NCBI GenBank assembly: GCA_012522855.1
Contig: JAAYJQ010000002.1
Span: forward strand, 71,607 to 135,606
Source of the DNA: Bacteroidales bacterium
GTDB lineage: Bacteria; Bacteroidota; Bacteroidia; Bacteroidales; UBA932
Direction of reading: 5' to 3'
DNA length: 64,000 nucleotides
In this document: positions 52,175-61,836 of the stretch, one piece after another
Position numbering within the stretch: position 1 is the stretch's first letter
How the letters are laid out: the number at the start of each line of letters is the position of its first letter
Program-made: the position numbers and the translations under genes
The notes under the pieces: model-generated
Seen by the model: the letters and a program-made list of their open reading frames with translations, nothing else
Databases searched by the model: none
What the model was told of the DNA's origin: nothing

Positions 52175-53532
52175 AATCCGGTATAGTTCCAGGGCGTGAT
52201 CGCCCGTAATTCTTCCTTGACGGACGGATCCACCTCCAGCGACGCGATGAAGTCTTCAAGCGTTTTCTCTTCGATGGCCGCTCCCGTGCGGGTCAGATTC
52301 TTCAGCGTTTCATAGGGATTCGGATAGTTTTCCCGGCGCAGGATGGTCTGGATGGCTTCCGCGATGACAGCCCAGTTTTTCTGGAGATCCGCTTCGATTG
52401 CCGGTTTGTTGAGGATCAGTTTCCCCAGCCCTTTTTTCAGTGAGTCGAACGCGATTAATCCGTGGGCGATAGGCACCCCGACATTCCTTTGCACCGTGCT
52501 GTCGGTCAGATCCCGCTGAAGTCTTGAAATCGGGAGTTTCAGAGACAGGAATGTCAAAATGGCATTGGCCATTCCGAGGTTTCCTTCGGCATTCTCGAAA
52601 TCAATGGGGTTGACCTTGTGCGGCATGGCAGAGGAACCGACTTCGTCTTTCGCGGTCTGCTGGTGGAAATATTCCATGGAAATGTAGGTCCATACATCCC
52701 GGCAGAGATCGATGAGGATGGTATTGATGCGCCGAAGGCAGTCGAATAGGGCCGCGAGATTGTCGTAGTGGTCAATCTGTGTGGTCGGGAAAGATCGCTT
52801 GAGCCCGAGCGAATCCACGAAATCGTCTCCGAAGCGGATCCAGTTGACGGAAGGATAGGCCACTTTGTGGGCATTCATGTTCCCGGTCGCCCCTCCGAAT
52901 TTTGCCGGATAGGTGAGCAGGCGGAATTGACGGAGCTGTTCTTCGATGCGGACGACGAACACATCGAGTTCTTTTCCGAGGCGGGTAGGGGTTGCCGGCT
53001 GGCCATGAGTCTTTGCCAGCATGGGCACCTCCTTCCAGGCTTCGGCATCGGTTTTCAGAATGTTCAGGATTTCTTCCAGGGCCGGGAGGTAAACCTCTTC
53101 GACGGCTTCTTTCAACATCAAGGGCTGAGCAGTGTTGTTGATGTCCTGCGAGGTGAGTCCGAAATGCAAGAACTCCTGCCACCGGCTGATCCCCAGCCTT
53201 TGGAATTTTTCTTTGAGATAGTATTCCACGGCCTTGACGTCGTGGTTGGTCACCTTCTCGATTTCTTTGACCCGCTGTGCGTCTTCCGGCTCCATCCGGC
53301 GGTATAGGTCGCGCAATGTCTCGAACCATTCTTCCCGCGACCATCCGGTGCCTTCGCCGAAAGAGGCCAACTGGGGGAGCGGAACCCGGCAGAGGGCGAT
53401 GAAGTACTCGACTTCGACCCGGGTGCGGTTGCGGATGAGGGCATATTCACTGAAATAGGGTCGCAGTGCGGCTGTTTTGCCGACATACCGCCCGTCAAGC
53501 GGGGAGAGGGCGAGAAGAGCGTGTGTGTCCAT
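52171..53532 (-). CDS. purB: adenylosuccinate lyase
   Basis: Fumarate-lyase signature SSAMPHKVNPIDFEN. 453 aa. N-terminus LSPLDGRYVGKT. Confidence 0.92.
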   Translation of the reverse strand: MDTHALLALSPLDGRYVGKTAALRPYFSEYALIRNRTRVEVEYFIALCRVPLPQLASFGEGTGWSREEWFETLRDLYRRMEPEDAQRVKEIEKVTNHDVKAVEYYLKEKFQRLGISRWQEFLHFGLTSQDINNTAQPLMLKEAVEEVYLPALEEILNILKTDAEAWKEVPMLAKTHGQPATPTRLGKELDVFVVRIEEQLRQFRLLTYPAKFGGATGNMNAHKVAYPSVNWIRFGDDFVDSLGLKRSFPTTQIDHYDNLAALFDCLRRINTILIDLCRDVWTYISMEYFHQQTAKDEVGSSAMPHKVNPIDFENAEGNLGMANAILTFLSLKLPISRLQRDLTDSTVQRNVGVPIAHGLIAFDSLKKGLGKLILNKPAIEADLQKNWAVIAEAIQTILRRENYPNPYETLKNLTRTGAAIEEKTLEDFIASLEVDPSVKEELRAITPWNYTGF

Positions 53533-53539
53533 GATCCTC

Positions 53540-55108
53540 CTATTTGATCAGATTGCCGAGAATGGATCGGGTGATTTCCCGGGTCATGGTGCGGGTCGCG
53601 GCGGAGGTGGCGTTCTTCACGACCCGGCCGGCGCCTTCCTTCACGCCTCCCGACTTGGATTTCTTTCCGGTCATGCGGTTCGATACGGCGCTCCCGACCA
53701 TGGTTCCGACGGTCGCGGTCACAGCAGTGAAGACGGCTTTTGAAACTTTTCCGAACATCCCGCTCTTTCGCGCGGTGCCTTTCGCCTTTCCTTTGGCGTC
53801 TTCCTCCGCCTCAGCGGCTTCCTGTTCCTGCTGTGCCAGCAGTTGTTCGAACGCGCTTTCGCGGTCGATGGGCTCGTCGTACTTGCCGTACAGCTTGGAA
53901 GCGTTGATGAGTTGGTTTCTCCGGGAGGAGTCGATGGGGCCGATCTGGCTCAGCGGGAAGAGGATTTTCGCACGCTCCACAATGCCCGGAGCACCCTTGG
54001 CATCCAGGAAGGAGATCAGCGCCTCTCCGGTTTCGAGGGTGGTGATGGCTTCCGCCGTACTGAATTCCGGATTGGGCCGGAAGGTTTCCGCGGCCACCTG
54101 GACCGCCTTCTGATCCTTGGGGGTATAGGCTCTCAGCGCATGTTGCACCCGGTTCCCCAGCTGGCCCAGAATCGTGTCCGGAATATCGTTGGGGTACTGC
54201 GTCACGAAATAGACGCCCACTCCCTTGCTGCGGATGAGGCGGATGACTTGCTCGATCTTTTCCACCAGCGCCTTCGACGTGTCGGCGAAAAGCATATGGG
54301 CTTCGTCGAAGAAGAAAACCAGTTTGGGCAGTTCCAGGTCTCCGACCTCGGGTAGGTTGGTGTAGAGTTCCGAAAGCAGCCAGAGCAGGAAGGTAGAATA
54401 GATCTTCGGTTTCATCATGAGCTTGTCGGCGGCCAGCACATTCATAATGCCCTTGCCCCCCTCGCACTGCAGCAGGTCGAAGATGTCGAAAGAAGGTTCG
54501 CCGAAGAACTTGTCCGCCCCTTCGTTTTCGAGGGTCAGGACGGAGCGCTGGATGGCCCCGACGGAGGCCGGAGAGATATTTCCGTAGGTTGTGGTGTACT
54601 CCGCGGCATGCTGGGCCACGTAGTTCAGCATGGACCGGAGGTCCTTCAAGTCGATCAGCAGCAAGCCTTTTTCATCGGCGATCCGGAACACGATGTTCAA
54701 CACCCCTTCCTGGGTGTCGTTCAGTCCGAAAATCCGCGTCAGCAGCTGGGGGCCCATTTCTGAAATCGTGCAGCGCATGGGGTGTCCCTGTTCTCCGAAC
54801 ACATCGAAGAAGCGGACCGGGCAACTCTGGAATTGCGGGTTTTCGATGCCGAATTCCGTCATGCGTTTCTCGATGAAGCCGTTCAGTTTGCCCGGCTCGG
54901 AAATTCCGGACAGATCCCCCTTCATATCGGCCATGAAGCAGGGAACCCCGGCTTGGCAGAAACTTTCCGCCATTACCTGCAGGGTGACGGTTTTCCCCGT
55001 TCCGGTCGCGCCGGCGATAAGTCCGTGGCGGTTTGCCATTTTGCCGAAGATGGAGAGCGGCCCTTTGTTGCAATGGGCGATCCAGAGCCCGTGTTGTTGA
55101 TCGAACAT
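53540..55108 (-). CDS. HerA-like ATPase, DUF853/YjgR family
   Basis: Walker A GATGTGKT, Walker B-like LVFFFDEAH, and a basic, low-complexity C-terminal tail typical of YjgR-like proteins. Confidence 0.8.
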   Translation of the reverse strand: MFDQQHGLWIAHCNKGPLSIFGKMANRHGLIAGATGTGKTVTLQVMAESFCQAGVPCFMADMKGDLSGISEPGKLNGFIEKRMTEFGIENPQFQSCPVRFFDVFGEQGHPMRCTISEMGPQLLTRIFGLNDTQEGVLNIVFRIADEKGLLLIDLKDLRSMLNYVAQHAAEYTTTYGNISPASVGAIQRSVLTLENEGADKFFGEPSFDIFDLLQCEGGKGIMNVLAADKLMMKPKIYSTFLLWLLSELYTNLPEVGDLELPKLVFFFDEAHMLFADTSKALVEKIEQVIRLIRSKGVGVYFVTQYPNDIPDTILGQLGNRVQHALRAYTPKDQKAVQVAAETFRPNPEFSTAEAITTLETGEALISFLDAKGAPGIVERAKILFPLSQIGPIDSSRRNQLINASKLYGKYDEPIDRESAFEQLLAQQEQEAAEAEEDAKGKAKGTARKSGMFGKVSKAVFTAVTATVGTMVGSAVSNRMTGKKSKSGGVKEGAGRVVKNATSAATRTMTREITRSILGNLIK

Positions 55109-55109
55109 A

Positions 55110-56564
55110 CTATTGATTCTTATGGTTTTTCAGCAGATAATAGAGCGCGATGGAGCCGGAGAAGGCCGCAAGGCCGATCCAGGGAGCCAGTCGCGCGGAG
55201 AGCCCCAGTCCGACTTTGTCCACCAGGATGAAGGTCAGGCAGACCGCCGTCATGAACGCAGCGGGGATCAGCGTGATCAGATACCAGCTGCCCTTCCGGG
55301 CACGGGTCAGATAGACCGTGACCGCCCACAGGGTAAAAACGGACAAGGCCTGGTTGGCCCACCCGAAATACCGCCAGACCGTGTTGAATCCGTTCTGGTC
55401 TGCGATGTTGAACCACAGCAGCAAGGCGGCGCAGAGGAAGATGGGAAGACTGATCATCAACCGGTTTTTCACGGGTTTTTGGTTGAATTTCAGGGCGTCG
55501 GCGATGATGAGCCGGGCGCTTCGCAAGGCCGTGTCCCCGCTGGTGATCGGAGCCGCGACCACGCCCAGCAGCGCAAGGATTCCGCCGAACAGGCCGAGCC
55601 ACCCTTCCGAGACTTTGGTTACGACCGTCGGAGCGGCTGCCGTGAGGTCCGAGCCGACTTCCGCGGCCCCGCCGTCGAAGAAAAACCAGGCGGACACAGC
55701 CGCCCAGACCAGGGCGATCAGACCTTCCGTAATCATGGAACCGTAAAATACCGGACGCCCGAGGCGTTCGTTCCGGATGCATCGTGCCATCAGCGGGCTC
55801 TGTGTGGCGTGGAAGCCGCTGATGGCGCCGCAGGCGATGGTGATGAACAGGCAGGGGAAGATGGGCTGTTCCGCAACCCCGACGGAGGGACCCCGGTTCG
55901 CCAGTCCGTCCCACAGTTCCGGGATCGAAGGCCATTTCGCGAGCAGGGCGATCATCAGGGAAAGCACCATGAACAGCAAGGAGAACGCGAACACCGGATA
56001 GATTTTTCCGATTATCTTGTCGATCGGAAGCAGAGTCGCGAGGAGGTAGTAGAGGAATATGACAGCGACCCAGATCATCATGGACTGTTTCCCGCCGTCT
56101 CCGGCGATGTCTCCCAGAATGATGGCCGGGCTGTACACGAAGACTGCGCCGACGAGCAGCAGAAGCAGGATCGTGAAGACCAGCATGACGCGCTTGGTTC
56201 CGGTGCCGAGATACGTGCCTATGAGTTCGGGAAGTCCCGCGCCGCCGTGCCGGACCGACAGCATGCCGGAAAGATAATCGTGGACCGCCCCGGCGAAGAT
56301 GCACCCGAACACGATCCAGAGATAGGCGGCAGGGCCGAACTTGGCACCCATGATCGCGCCGAAAATCGGCCCGGTGCCCGCGATGTTCAGAAGTTGAATC
56401 ATAAACACCTTCCATGTAGGCATGGCGATGTAGTCAACCCCGTCCGCTTTTTCGATCGCCGGAGTGGGGCGGTTGCTGTCCGGCCGGAAGACCTTTTCCA
56501 CGAACGCGCCGTAGAAAACATAGCCTGCGATGAGGGCAAGAACACTGAGCAGAAAAGAGTACAT
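55110..56564 (-). CDS. cstA: carbon starvation protein A family transporter
   Basis: MYSFLLSVLALIAGYVFYGAFVEKVF N-terminus, ~16 TM segments, CstA-type motifs (FGCIFAGAVHD, ISGFHATQSP). Confidence 0.9.
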   Translation of the reverse strand: MYSFLLSVLALIAGYVFYGAFVEKVFRPDSNRPTPAIEKADGVDYIAMPTWKVFMIQLLNIAGTGPIFGAIMGAKFGPAAYLWIVFGCIFAGAVHDYLSGMLSVRHGGAGLPELIGTYLGTGTKRVMLVFTILLLLLVGAVFVYSPAIILGDIAGDGGKQSMMIWVAVIFLYYLLATLLPIDKIIGKIYPVFAFSLLFMVLSLMIALLAKWPSIPELWDGLANRGPSVGVAEQPIFPCLFITIACGAISGFHATQSPLMARCIRNERLGRPVFYGSMITEGLIALVWAAVSAWFFFDGGAAEVGSDLTAAAPTVVTKVSEGWLGLFGGILALLGVVAAPITSGDTALRSARLIIADALKFNQKPVKNRLMISLPIFLCAALLLWFNIADQNGFNTVWRYFGWANQALSVFTLWAVTVYLTRARKGSWYLITLIPAAFMTAVCLTFILVDKVGLGLSARLAPWIGLAAFSGSIALYYLLKNHKNQ

Positions 56565-56583
56565 ATCGTTTTAAGACAATGTA

Positions 56584-56591
56584 CAAATTTA
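56584..56591 (-). promoter_or_regulatory. candidate -7 box (TAAATTTG on the minus strand) for cstA
   Basis: The plus strand reads CAAATTTA, 20 nt upstream of the cstA ATG. Confidence 0.45.
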
Positions 56592-56604
56592 ATGAAATAA
56601 TCGA

Positions 56605-56612
56605 TATATTTG
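56605..56612 (+). promoter_or_regulatory. candidate -7 box (TATATTTG) for the GH2 gene
   Basis: Exact TAnnTTTG match 35 nt upstream of the ATG at 56648. Confidence 0.45.
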
Positions 56613-56647
56613 TAAGTATTGGATAATTATAGAACACGACAATCATC

Positions 56648-58510
56648 ATGAAACACAGACTCATCGCATTTGCGGCCGCTTTGTTTTCCCTGGCCGCGCT
56701 TTCTTCCGCGCAGGAATCCCGTTGGTCGCCTGCGGGAAATCGGATCATGACCCCCTGGGCGAAAGAAGTTTCACCGGAGAACGTACATACTGAATACCCG
56801 CGTCCCCAAATGGTTCGCGAGAACTGGAAGTCGCTCAACGGGCTTTGGGAATATGCCGTCACGGACAAGCTTGCCGCGGAACCCGAGCGGTACGAAGGTG
56901 AAATCCTGGTGCCCTTCGCGATCGAGTCCGCCCTGTCCGGGGTGGGACGCGCGGTGACTGGACAAGACGCGATCTGGTACAAGACCGCCTTTACGGTTCC
57001 GAAGGGTTGGAACCGGGTCAAACTGAATTTCGAGGCGGTGGACTGGAAGGCGGAAGTCTTCGTGGGGGGCGTGCAGGTCGGGACACACACCGGCGGCTAT
57101 ACGCATTTTTCGTTCGACATCACACCCTATGTCAAGAAGGGGAGCGTGAATACCCTGGTCTTGAAGGTGACGGATGCCACGGACAATGACTTCCAGCCGC
57201 GCGGAAAACAGGTTTCGCGTCCCGGCGGAATCTGGTATACAGCGGTCTCGGGCATCTGGCAAAGCGTGTGGATGGAATCCGTTTCCGCTACCTGCGTGGA
57301 AGACTATTACGCGGTTTCCAACATTCACGATCGTACGGTTGATGTGTCCGTTTCTGTGGCCGGAGCCCAGGCAGGCGATGTCGTCCGGATCGCGCTGCTG
57401 GACGGCGGGGTCGGCTACTCGACAGAGAACCAGCCTCACGAGTTCGTACAGGTCGTCTCCCGGGCGGATGCCGCCCCGGGTGTCACGGTGACCTTACCCG
57501 TCCCCGACATGCAGCTGTGGAGCCCGGATTCTCCTTATCTATACGGCTTGGACATCAGCATCCTGCGCGGCAAGGTGACCCTCGATCGCGTGAAAGGCTA
57601 TACGGCTATGCGGGAAATCTCCGTCGGAAAATCCCGGAACGGCGTAAAATTGATGGCGCTGAACGGGAAGAACCTCTTTCAGTTCGGACCATTGGACCAA
57701 GGTTGGTGGCCGGACGGTCTCTACACCGCGCCGACGGACGAAGCCTTGAAATTCGATATTCAGAAAACGAAGGATTTCGGATTCAATATGATCCGCAAGC
57801 ACATCAAGGTTGAACCTTCCCGCTGGTACTACTACTGCGATCAGCTCGGCATGCTGGTCTGGCAGGACATGCCTTCCTTCTCGGACAACAAACAGAATAT
57901 TTGGGGAGTCCATAATTACGACGAAGGAACGGATTTCCCGGCAACGACACTTGCGAAGGCCAATTTCCGCAAGGAATGGCGGGAAATCATCGATCAGACG
58001 AAGAAGTTCCCCTGTATCGTCGTCTGGGTTCCTTTCAATGAGGCCTGGAGCCAGTTCGACACGCGCGAGATCGTGGATTTCACGCGGGATCTGGATCCGA
58101 CCCGCCTGATCAATATGGCTTCGGGAGGCAACTGGACGAGAGATTGCGGCGACATCCTGGACAACCATCATTATCCCTACCCCGCCATGCGTCTCTGGGA
58201 TCGGAACATGATCAACGTGCTCGGGGAATACGGCGGGATCGGCCTTGCGGTGGAAGGCCATCTCTGGCAGCCCGACCGCAACTGGGGCTATGTTCAGTAC
58301 AAGAACGCGGAAGAGGTGCTTGCGGAATACGAAAACTTCGCCGGGCAGCTGATCCAGCTGGTGACGCAGGGATGCGCCGCGGCCATCTATACCCAGACCA
58401 CGGACTGCGAGATCGAAGTGAACGGACTGATGACTTATGACCGGGTCGTGAAACTCGACGAGGCCCGTTTGAGGGAAATCAACACCCGGGTGATCGAATC
58501 GATGGAGTGA
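56648..58510 (+). CDS. glycoside hydrolase family 2 protein (beta-galactosidase/glucuronidase-like), secreted
   Basis: Signal peptide, an N-terminal sugar-binding domain (YPRPQMVRENWKSLNGLWEY), and a TIM-barrel with the acid/base motif VWVPFNEAW. Confidence 0.85.
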   Translation: MKHRLIAFAAALFSLAALSSAQESRWSPAGNRIMTPWAKEVSPENVHTEYPRPQMVRENWKSLNGLWEYAVTDKLAAEPERYEGEILVPFAIESALSGVGRAVTGQDAIWYKTAFTVPKGWNRVKLNFEAVDWKAEVFVGGVQVGTHTGGYTHFSFDITPYVKKGSVNTLVLKVTDATDNDFQPRGKQVSRPGGIWYTAVSGIWQSVWMESVSATCVEDYYAVSNIHDRTVDVSVSVAGAQAGDVVRIALLDGGVGYSTENQPHEFVQVVSRADAAPGVTVTLPVPDMQLWSPDSPYLYGLDISILRGKVTLDRVKGYTAMREISVGKSRNGVKLMALNGKNLFQFGPLDQGWWPDGLYTAPTDEALKFDIQKTKDFGFNMIRKHIKVEPSRWYYYCDQLGMLVWQDMPSFSDNKQNIWGVHNYDEGTDFPATTLAKANFRKEWREIIDQTKKFPCIVVWVPFNEAWSQFDTREIVDFTRDLDPTRLINMASGGNWTRDCGDILDNHHYPYPAMRLWDRNMINVLGEYGGIGLAVEGHLWQPDRNWGYVQYKNAEEVLAEYENFAGQLIQLVTQGCAAAIYTQTTDCEIEVNGLMTYDRVVKLDEARLREINTRVIESME

Positions 58511-58580
58511 TACCGGATCGTCAGTCGTATCGACAGTATTCATAAAAGAACAGCATGAAATCGATCTGAACCTGAAACAC

Positions 58581-60038
58581 ATGATACAACCTGTATCTGA
58601 CATCGGATTGATCGGCCTTGCCGTGATGGGCGAGAATCTGGTCTTGAATATGGAAAGCAAAGGCTTCTATGTCAGTGTTTTCAACCGCACTGTCTCCAAG
58701 GTGGACCATTTCCTGGAGAACCGCGGCAAAGGGAAGAACATCTACGGCGCCGGCAGCCTCGAAGACCTGGTCAGTTCGCTCAAGAGTCCTCGCAAGGTCT
58801 TCCTGATGGTCAAGGCCGGCCGACCGGTCGATGACTATATTGACCGGCTCATTCCGCTTCTTGACAAAGGCGACATCATCATTGACGGCGGCAACACGCA
58901 TTTCTCGGACACGGCGCGCAGGACTGCCTATGTCGAAAGCAAAGGACTTCTCTACATCGGCACCGGCGTTTCCGGCGGAGAGGAAGGCGCCTTGAGAGGT
59001 CCTTCCATGATGCCGGGCGGCTCTCCAGCCGCATGGCCTGCCGTGAAACCCATCTTCCAGAGCATTTCCGCCAGGGTCGATGGTACTCCTTGCTCCGACT
59101 GGGTGGGTGAAGGCGGAGCCGGACACTTTGTGAAGATGGTCCACAACGGCATCGAATACGGAGACATCCAGCTCATCTGCGAGTGCTACCAGATCATGAA
59201 AGACTTGCTTGGCATGTCCAACGAAGAAATGCACGAGGTCTTCGCCGAGTGGAACGAGGGCGACCTGGACAGTTACCTCATCGAAATCACCCGCGACATT
59301 CTTGCCAAAAAGGATGAGGAGGGGAAATATGTTTTGGACTACATTCTGGACACAGCAGGACAGAAGGGGACGGGAAAATGGACCGCCATCGCCGCGCTGG
59401 ACCAGGGGATTCCCCTCACCTTGATCACTGAGGCCGTGTATGCCCGCCACTTATCCGCCCAAAAGGAAGAACGGGTAGCCGCGTCCAAGATTCTGGCCGG
59501 TCCCCGTCCTGTGCTTTTCACCGGTGACCGGAAAGTTTTCCTGGAAGATCTGGGAAAGGCGCTATTCGCTTCTAAAGTCGTTTCCTATGCCCAGGGCTTC
59601 GCGCTGATGCGTTCCGCCGCCGAAGAGTACGGCTGGAACCTGAATTACGGTGGGATCGCTCTTCTATGGAGAGGCGGCTGCATCATCCGCAGCGTCTTCC
59701 TCGGCATCATCAAGGAAGCCTTCGACAAGGATCCCGACCTCGCGAACATCCTGCTCGCTCCCTATTTCACCGAAAAGCTTGCCGATGCCCAGCAAGGCTG
59801 GAGGAATGTGGCTGCGCATGCCATTGCGAACGGCATCCCCATCCCGACCCTGAGCGCCGCGCTTGCGTACTACGACGGATACCGCGCTGCCCGGCTGCCG
59901 GCGAATCTGCTGCAAGCGCAGCGGGACTATTTCGGCGCGCACACCTACGAACGTACGGACCGTCCTCGCGGAGAATTCTTCCACACCAACTGGACCGGTC
60001 GCGGCGGCGAAACGGTTTCGGGAACATACACTGTATGA
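58581..60038 (+). CDS. gnd: NADP-dependent 6-phosphogluconate dehydrogenase (decarboxylating)
   Basis: IGLIGLAVMGENLVLNMESKGF Rossmann N-terminus, GNTHFSDT, and the C-terminal 6PGD domain. 485 aa. Confidence 0.95.
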   Translation: MIQPVSDIGLIGLAVMGENLVLNMESKGFYVSVFNRTVSKVDHFLENRGKGKNIYGAGSLEDLVSSLKSPRKVFLMVKAGRPVDDYIDRLIPLLDKGDIIIDGGNTHFSDTARRTAYVESKGLLYIGTGVSGGEEGALRGPSMMPGGSPAAWPAVKPIFQSISARVDGTPCSDWVGEGGAGHFVKMVHNGIEYGDIQLICECYQIMKDLLGMSNEEMHEVFAEWNEGDLDSYLIEITRDILAKKDEEGKYVLDYILDTAGQKGTGKWTAIAALDQGIPLTLITEAVYARHLSAQKEERVAASKILAGPRPVLFTGDRKVFLEDLGKALFASKVVSYAQGFALMRSAAEEYGWNLNYGGIALLWRGGCIIRSVFLGIIKEAFDKDPDLANILLAPYFTEKLADAQQGWRNVAAHAIANGIPIPTLSAALAYYDGYRAARLPANLLQAQRDYFGAHTYERTDRPRGEFFHTNWTGRGGETVSGTYTV

Positions 60039-60074
60039 TCATGTATTTCAGACAGCCACTCCTCCGGCACTCGA

Positions 60075-60200
60075 GGTGTACGAACAGAGCGCGTAGAAGG
60101 CTCTTTTCTTGTACACCTAGCGGCCTATTCGCGGAAAACCGGTGGTTTTGTGACGGGGTGTACACACAGAATGCGTAGAAGGCAGCTTTTCTGCACACCT
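60075..60200. repeat. two 44-nt palindromic units (60075-60118 and 60157-60200, ~80% identical, 82-nt period)
   Basis: Each unit starts GGTGTAC, has the core GCGTAGAAGGC, and ends (G/C)(T/C)ACACCT, so the ends are inverted repeats. A small AAAACC-GGT-GGTTTT hairpin lies between them. Confidence 0.65.
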
Positions 60201-60230
60201 CCCCGTTTCGTACCTTACCATCTCGCTTTC

Positions 60231-60333
60231 CTGCAGGGTGTTGAGGAGCTGAGACAGAACGGGCGCGGAAAGAAACGGGTGCAGGAGGAACCTGCTGCAG
60301 GGTGTTGAGGAGTTGAGACAGAACGGGCGCGGA
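60231..60333. repeat. 39-nt direct repeat, 38/39 identical (60231-60269 and 60295-60333), 64-nt period
   Basis: CTGCAGGGTGTTGAGGAG(C/T)TGAGACAGAACGGGCGCGGA was read twice. The period is not a multiple of 3. Confidence 0.7.
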
Positions 60334-60493
60334 GGAAGAGTATGGCGGCGCAAGGGTGGGAAGAGGACCGGCGGCGCGGAGGGCTGGCTGCCGCATACTT
60401 TTTGGGGGTGAACCGAATATTTTCTATCTTTATCATCGCGCTCTGCGTCGTGCGGGCCTGACGATTTTGCTTTTCCTCTCAACCGTCTCAACC

Positions 60494-61816
60494 ATGAAGA
60501 CACTGAAGACTTTGACCCTTGCGATCCTGCTGCTCTCCTGCGCGACCGCCTATTCACAGAAGTACAAACCCGCTCCGGAAAATTTGCGGAATCGGAAGGA
60601 GTTCGCGAACGAACGCTTCGGCATCTTCCTGCATTGGGGCATCTACAGCACCTTCGCCCAGGGGGAGTGGTACCTCAACAGCGGCAAACTTCACAAGGAT
60701 GAATATGCCAAAGCGGCTTCGGCCTTTTATCCCCACCTTTTCAATGCTTCGGACTGGGTGAAGGCCTTCAAGGAAGCGGGAGCGGGTTACGTCTGTCTGA
60801 CCTCCCGTCACCACGACGGTTTTTCCATGTTTGACACGGAGACTTCGGAATACGACATCGTGGATGCGACTCCTTTTGGAAGGGATGTGTCCGCTGAACT
60901 GGCGCATGCCTGCCGCGCGCAAGGCCTTGCCCTTCATTTCTACTATTCCCAGCTGGACTGGATCCGGGAAGACTATCCGCTCGGGCGGACCGGGCACGAC
61001 ACAGGGCGGAAAGGAGACCGGCAGGATTATGACAGTTACTTCGCGTTCATGAAACAGCAGCTGGGGGAACTGATCCGCAACTATAGTCCCCGTGCGATCT
61101 GGTTCGACGGCTACTGGGACCATGATTCGGACGCCACTCCCTTTGACTGGAGGATGCCGGAACTGTATTCCTATATTCATTCCCTGGATCCCGCCTGTCT
61201 CATCTGCAACAACCACCACATCGCGGTGATCGAGGGGGAGGATTTTCAGGCCTTCGAGAAGGATCTTCCCGGACAGAACACGACCGGCTTCGCCCCGGAT
61301 CAGAAAGTTAGCGATGCCCTTCCACTTGAGATGTGCGAGACCATGAACGGGATGTGGGGGTACAAGGTTTCGGACCAGAACTACAAGTCCGTTCCGAGGC
61401 TGGTGCAACTGCTCGCCACCTGTGTGTCCATGAACACGACCCTGCTGCTGAACATCGGGCCGCAGCCGAACGGTGAACTTCCGGCGCTGGCACTGGACAG
61501 GCTTCGCGGCATCGGAGCCTGGATGGACACCTACGGGAGTTCCATCCGGGGCTGCGGCCCGGGTCCGGTGGTTTCCGGGGATTGGGGCGTTTCAACCGCG
61601 CCGACTTCCGATCCCAAGACATTTTATCTGCATTTGTTCAAGTCTCCCGGCACCATTCTGGAGGTTCCGCTTTCCGTGAAAGGACGCGTCCGCGCTGTGA
61701 AGGCCTTGAAGAACGGCGCCGCCCTCTCTTTCCGGAGAGTCAAAGACAAACTTTTCGTCACCCTCCCTTCCGAACTGGACGAATCCGACTACGTCGTCGA
61801 GGTGAGGATGCGGTAG
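60494..61816 (+). CDS. GH29 alpha-L-fucosidase, secreted
   Basis: Signal peptide MKTLKTLTLAILLLSCATAYSQ. GH29 hallmarks FGIFLHWGIYS and TSRHHDGFSMFDT. Start at the internal ATG. Confidence 0.9.
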   Translation: MKTLKTLTLAILLLSCATAYSQKYKPAPENLRNRKEFANERFGIFLHWGIYSTFAQGEWYLNSGKLHKDEYAKAASAFYPHLFNASDWVKAFKEAGAGYVCLTSRHHDGFSMFDTETSEYDIVDATPFGRDVSAELAHACRAQGLALHFYYSQLDWIREDYPLGRTGHDTGRKGDRQDYDSYFAFMKQQLGELIRNYSPRAIWFDGYWDHDSDATPFDWRMPELYSYIHSLDPACLICNNHHIAVIEGEDFQAFEKDLPGQNTTGFAPDQKVSDALPLEMCETMNGMWGYKVSDQNYKSVPRLVQLLATCVSMNTTLLLNIGPQPNGELPALALDRLRGIGAWMDTYGSSIRGCGPGPVVSGDWGVSTAPTSDPKTFYLHLFKSPGTILEVPLSVKGRVRAVKALKNGAALSFRRVKDKLFVTLPSELDESDYVVEVRMR

Positions 61817-61836
61817 GTAGTATAATCAAGAAATCT

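Noticed and set aside
55113-56600. A 495-aa ORF antisense to cstA, plus a 431-aa same-strand alternate-frame ORF (55120-56415).
   Set aside because: The antisense ORF is again in the codon-complement register. The same-strand ORF starts on sense codon position 3, where stops need T-ending codons followed by AA/AG/GA, which are rare in GC3-rich genes. Both products are Arg/Pro/Gly/Asp-rich junk, whereas cstA has clear family motifs.
57539-59450. Long antisense ORFs over GH2 (57539-58660, 373 aa) and gnd (58521-59450, 309 aa). Similar ones lie over the acyltransferase gene (31716-32570), the M13 peptidase (41838-42713, 42768-43616) and DUF2207 (8739-9629).
   Set aside because: I checked each one and all are in the codon-complement register of the sense gene. 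This is a systematic consequence of avoiding TTA/CTA/TCA codons, not evidence of overlapping genes.
60231-60333. Possible CRISPR array, given near-identical 39-nt direct repeats with a 25-nt spacer.
   Set aside because: There are only two copies, the repeat has no palindromic CRISPR-like structure, no cas genes are in the window, and the spacer is shorter than usual.
59767-60557. Minus-strand ORFs (209 aa and 146 aa) crossing the repeat-rich spacer, both containing APVLSQLLNTLQ.
   Set aside because: The peptide repeat comes from the 39-nt DNA repeat, whose 64-nt period puts the two copies in different frames. The ORFs also overlap the 3' end of gnd and the 5' end of the fucosidase gene.
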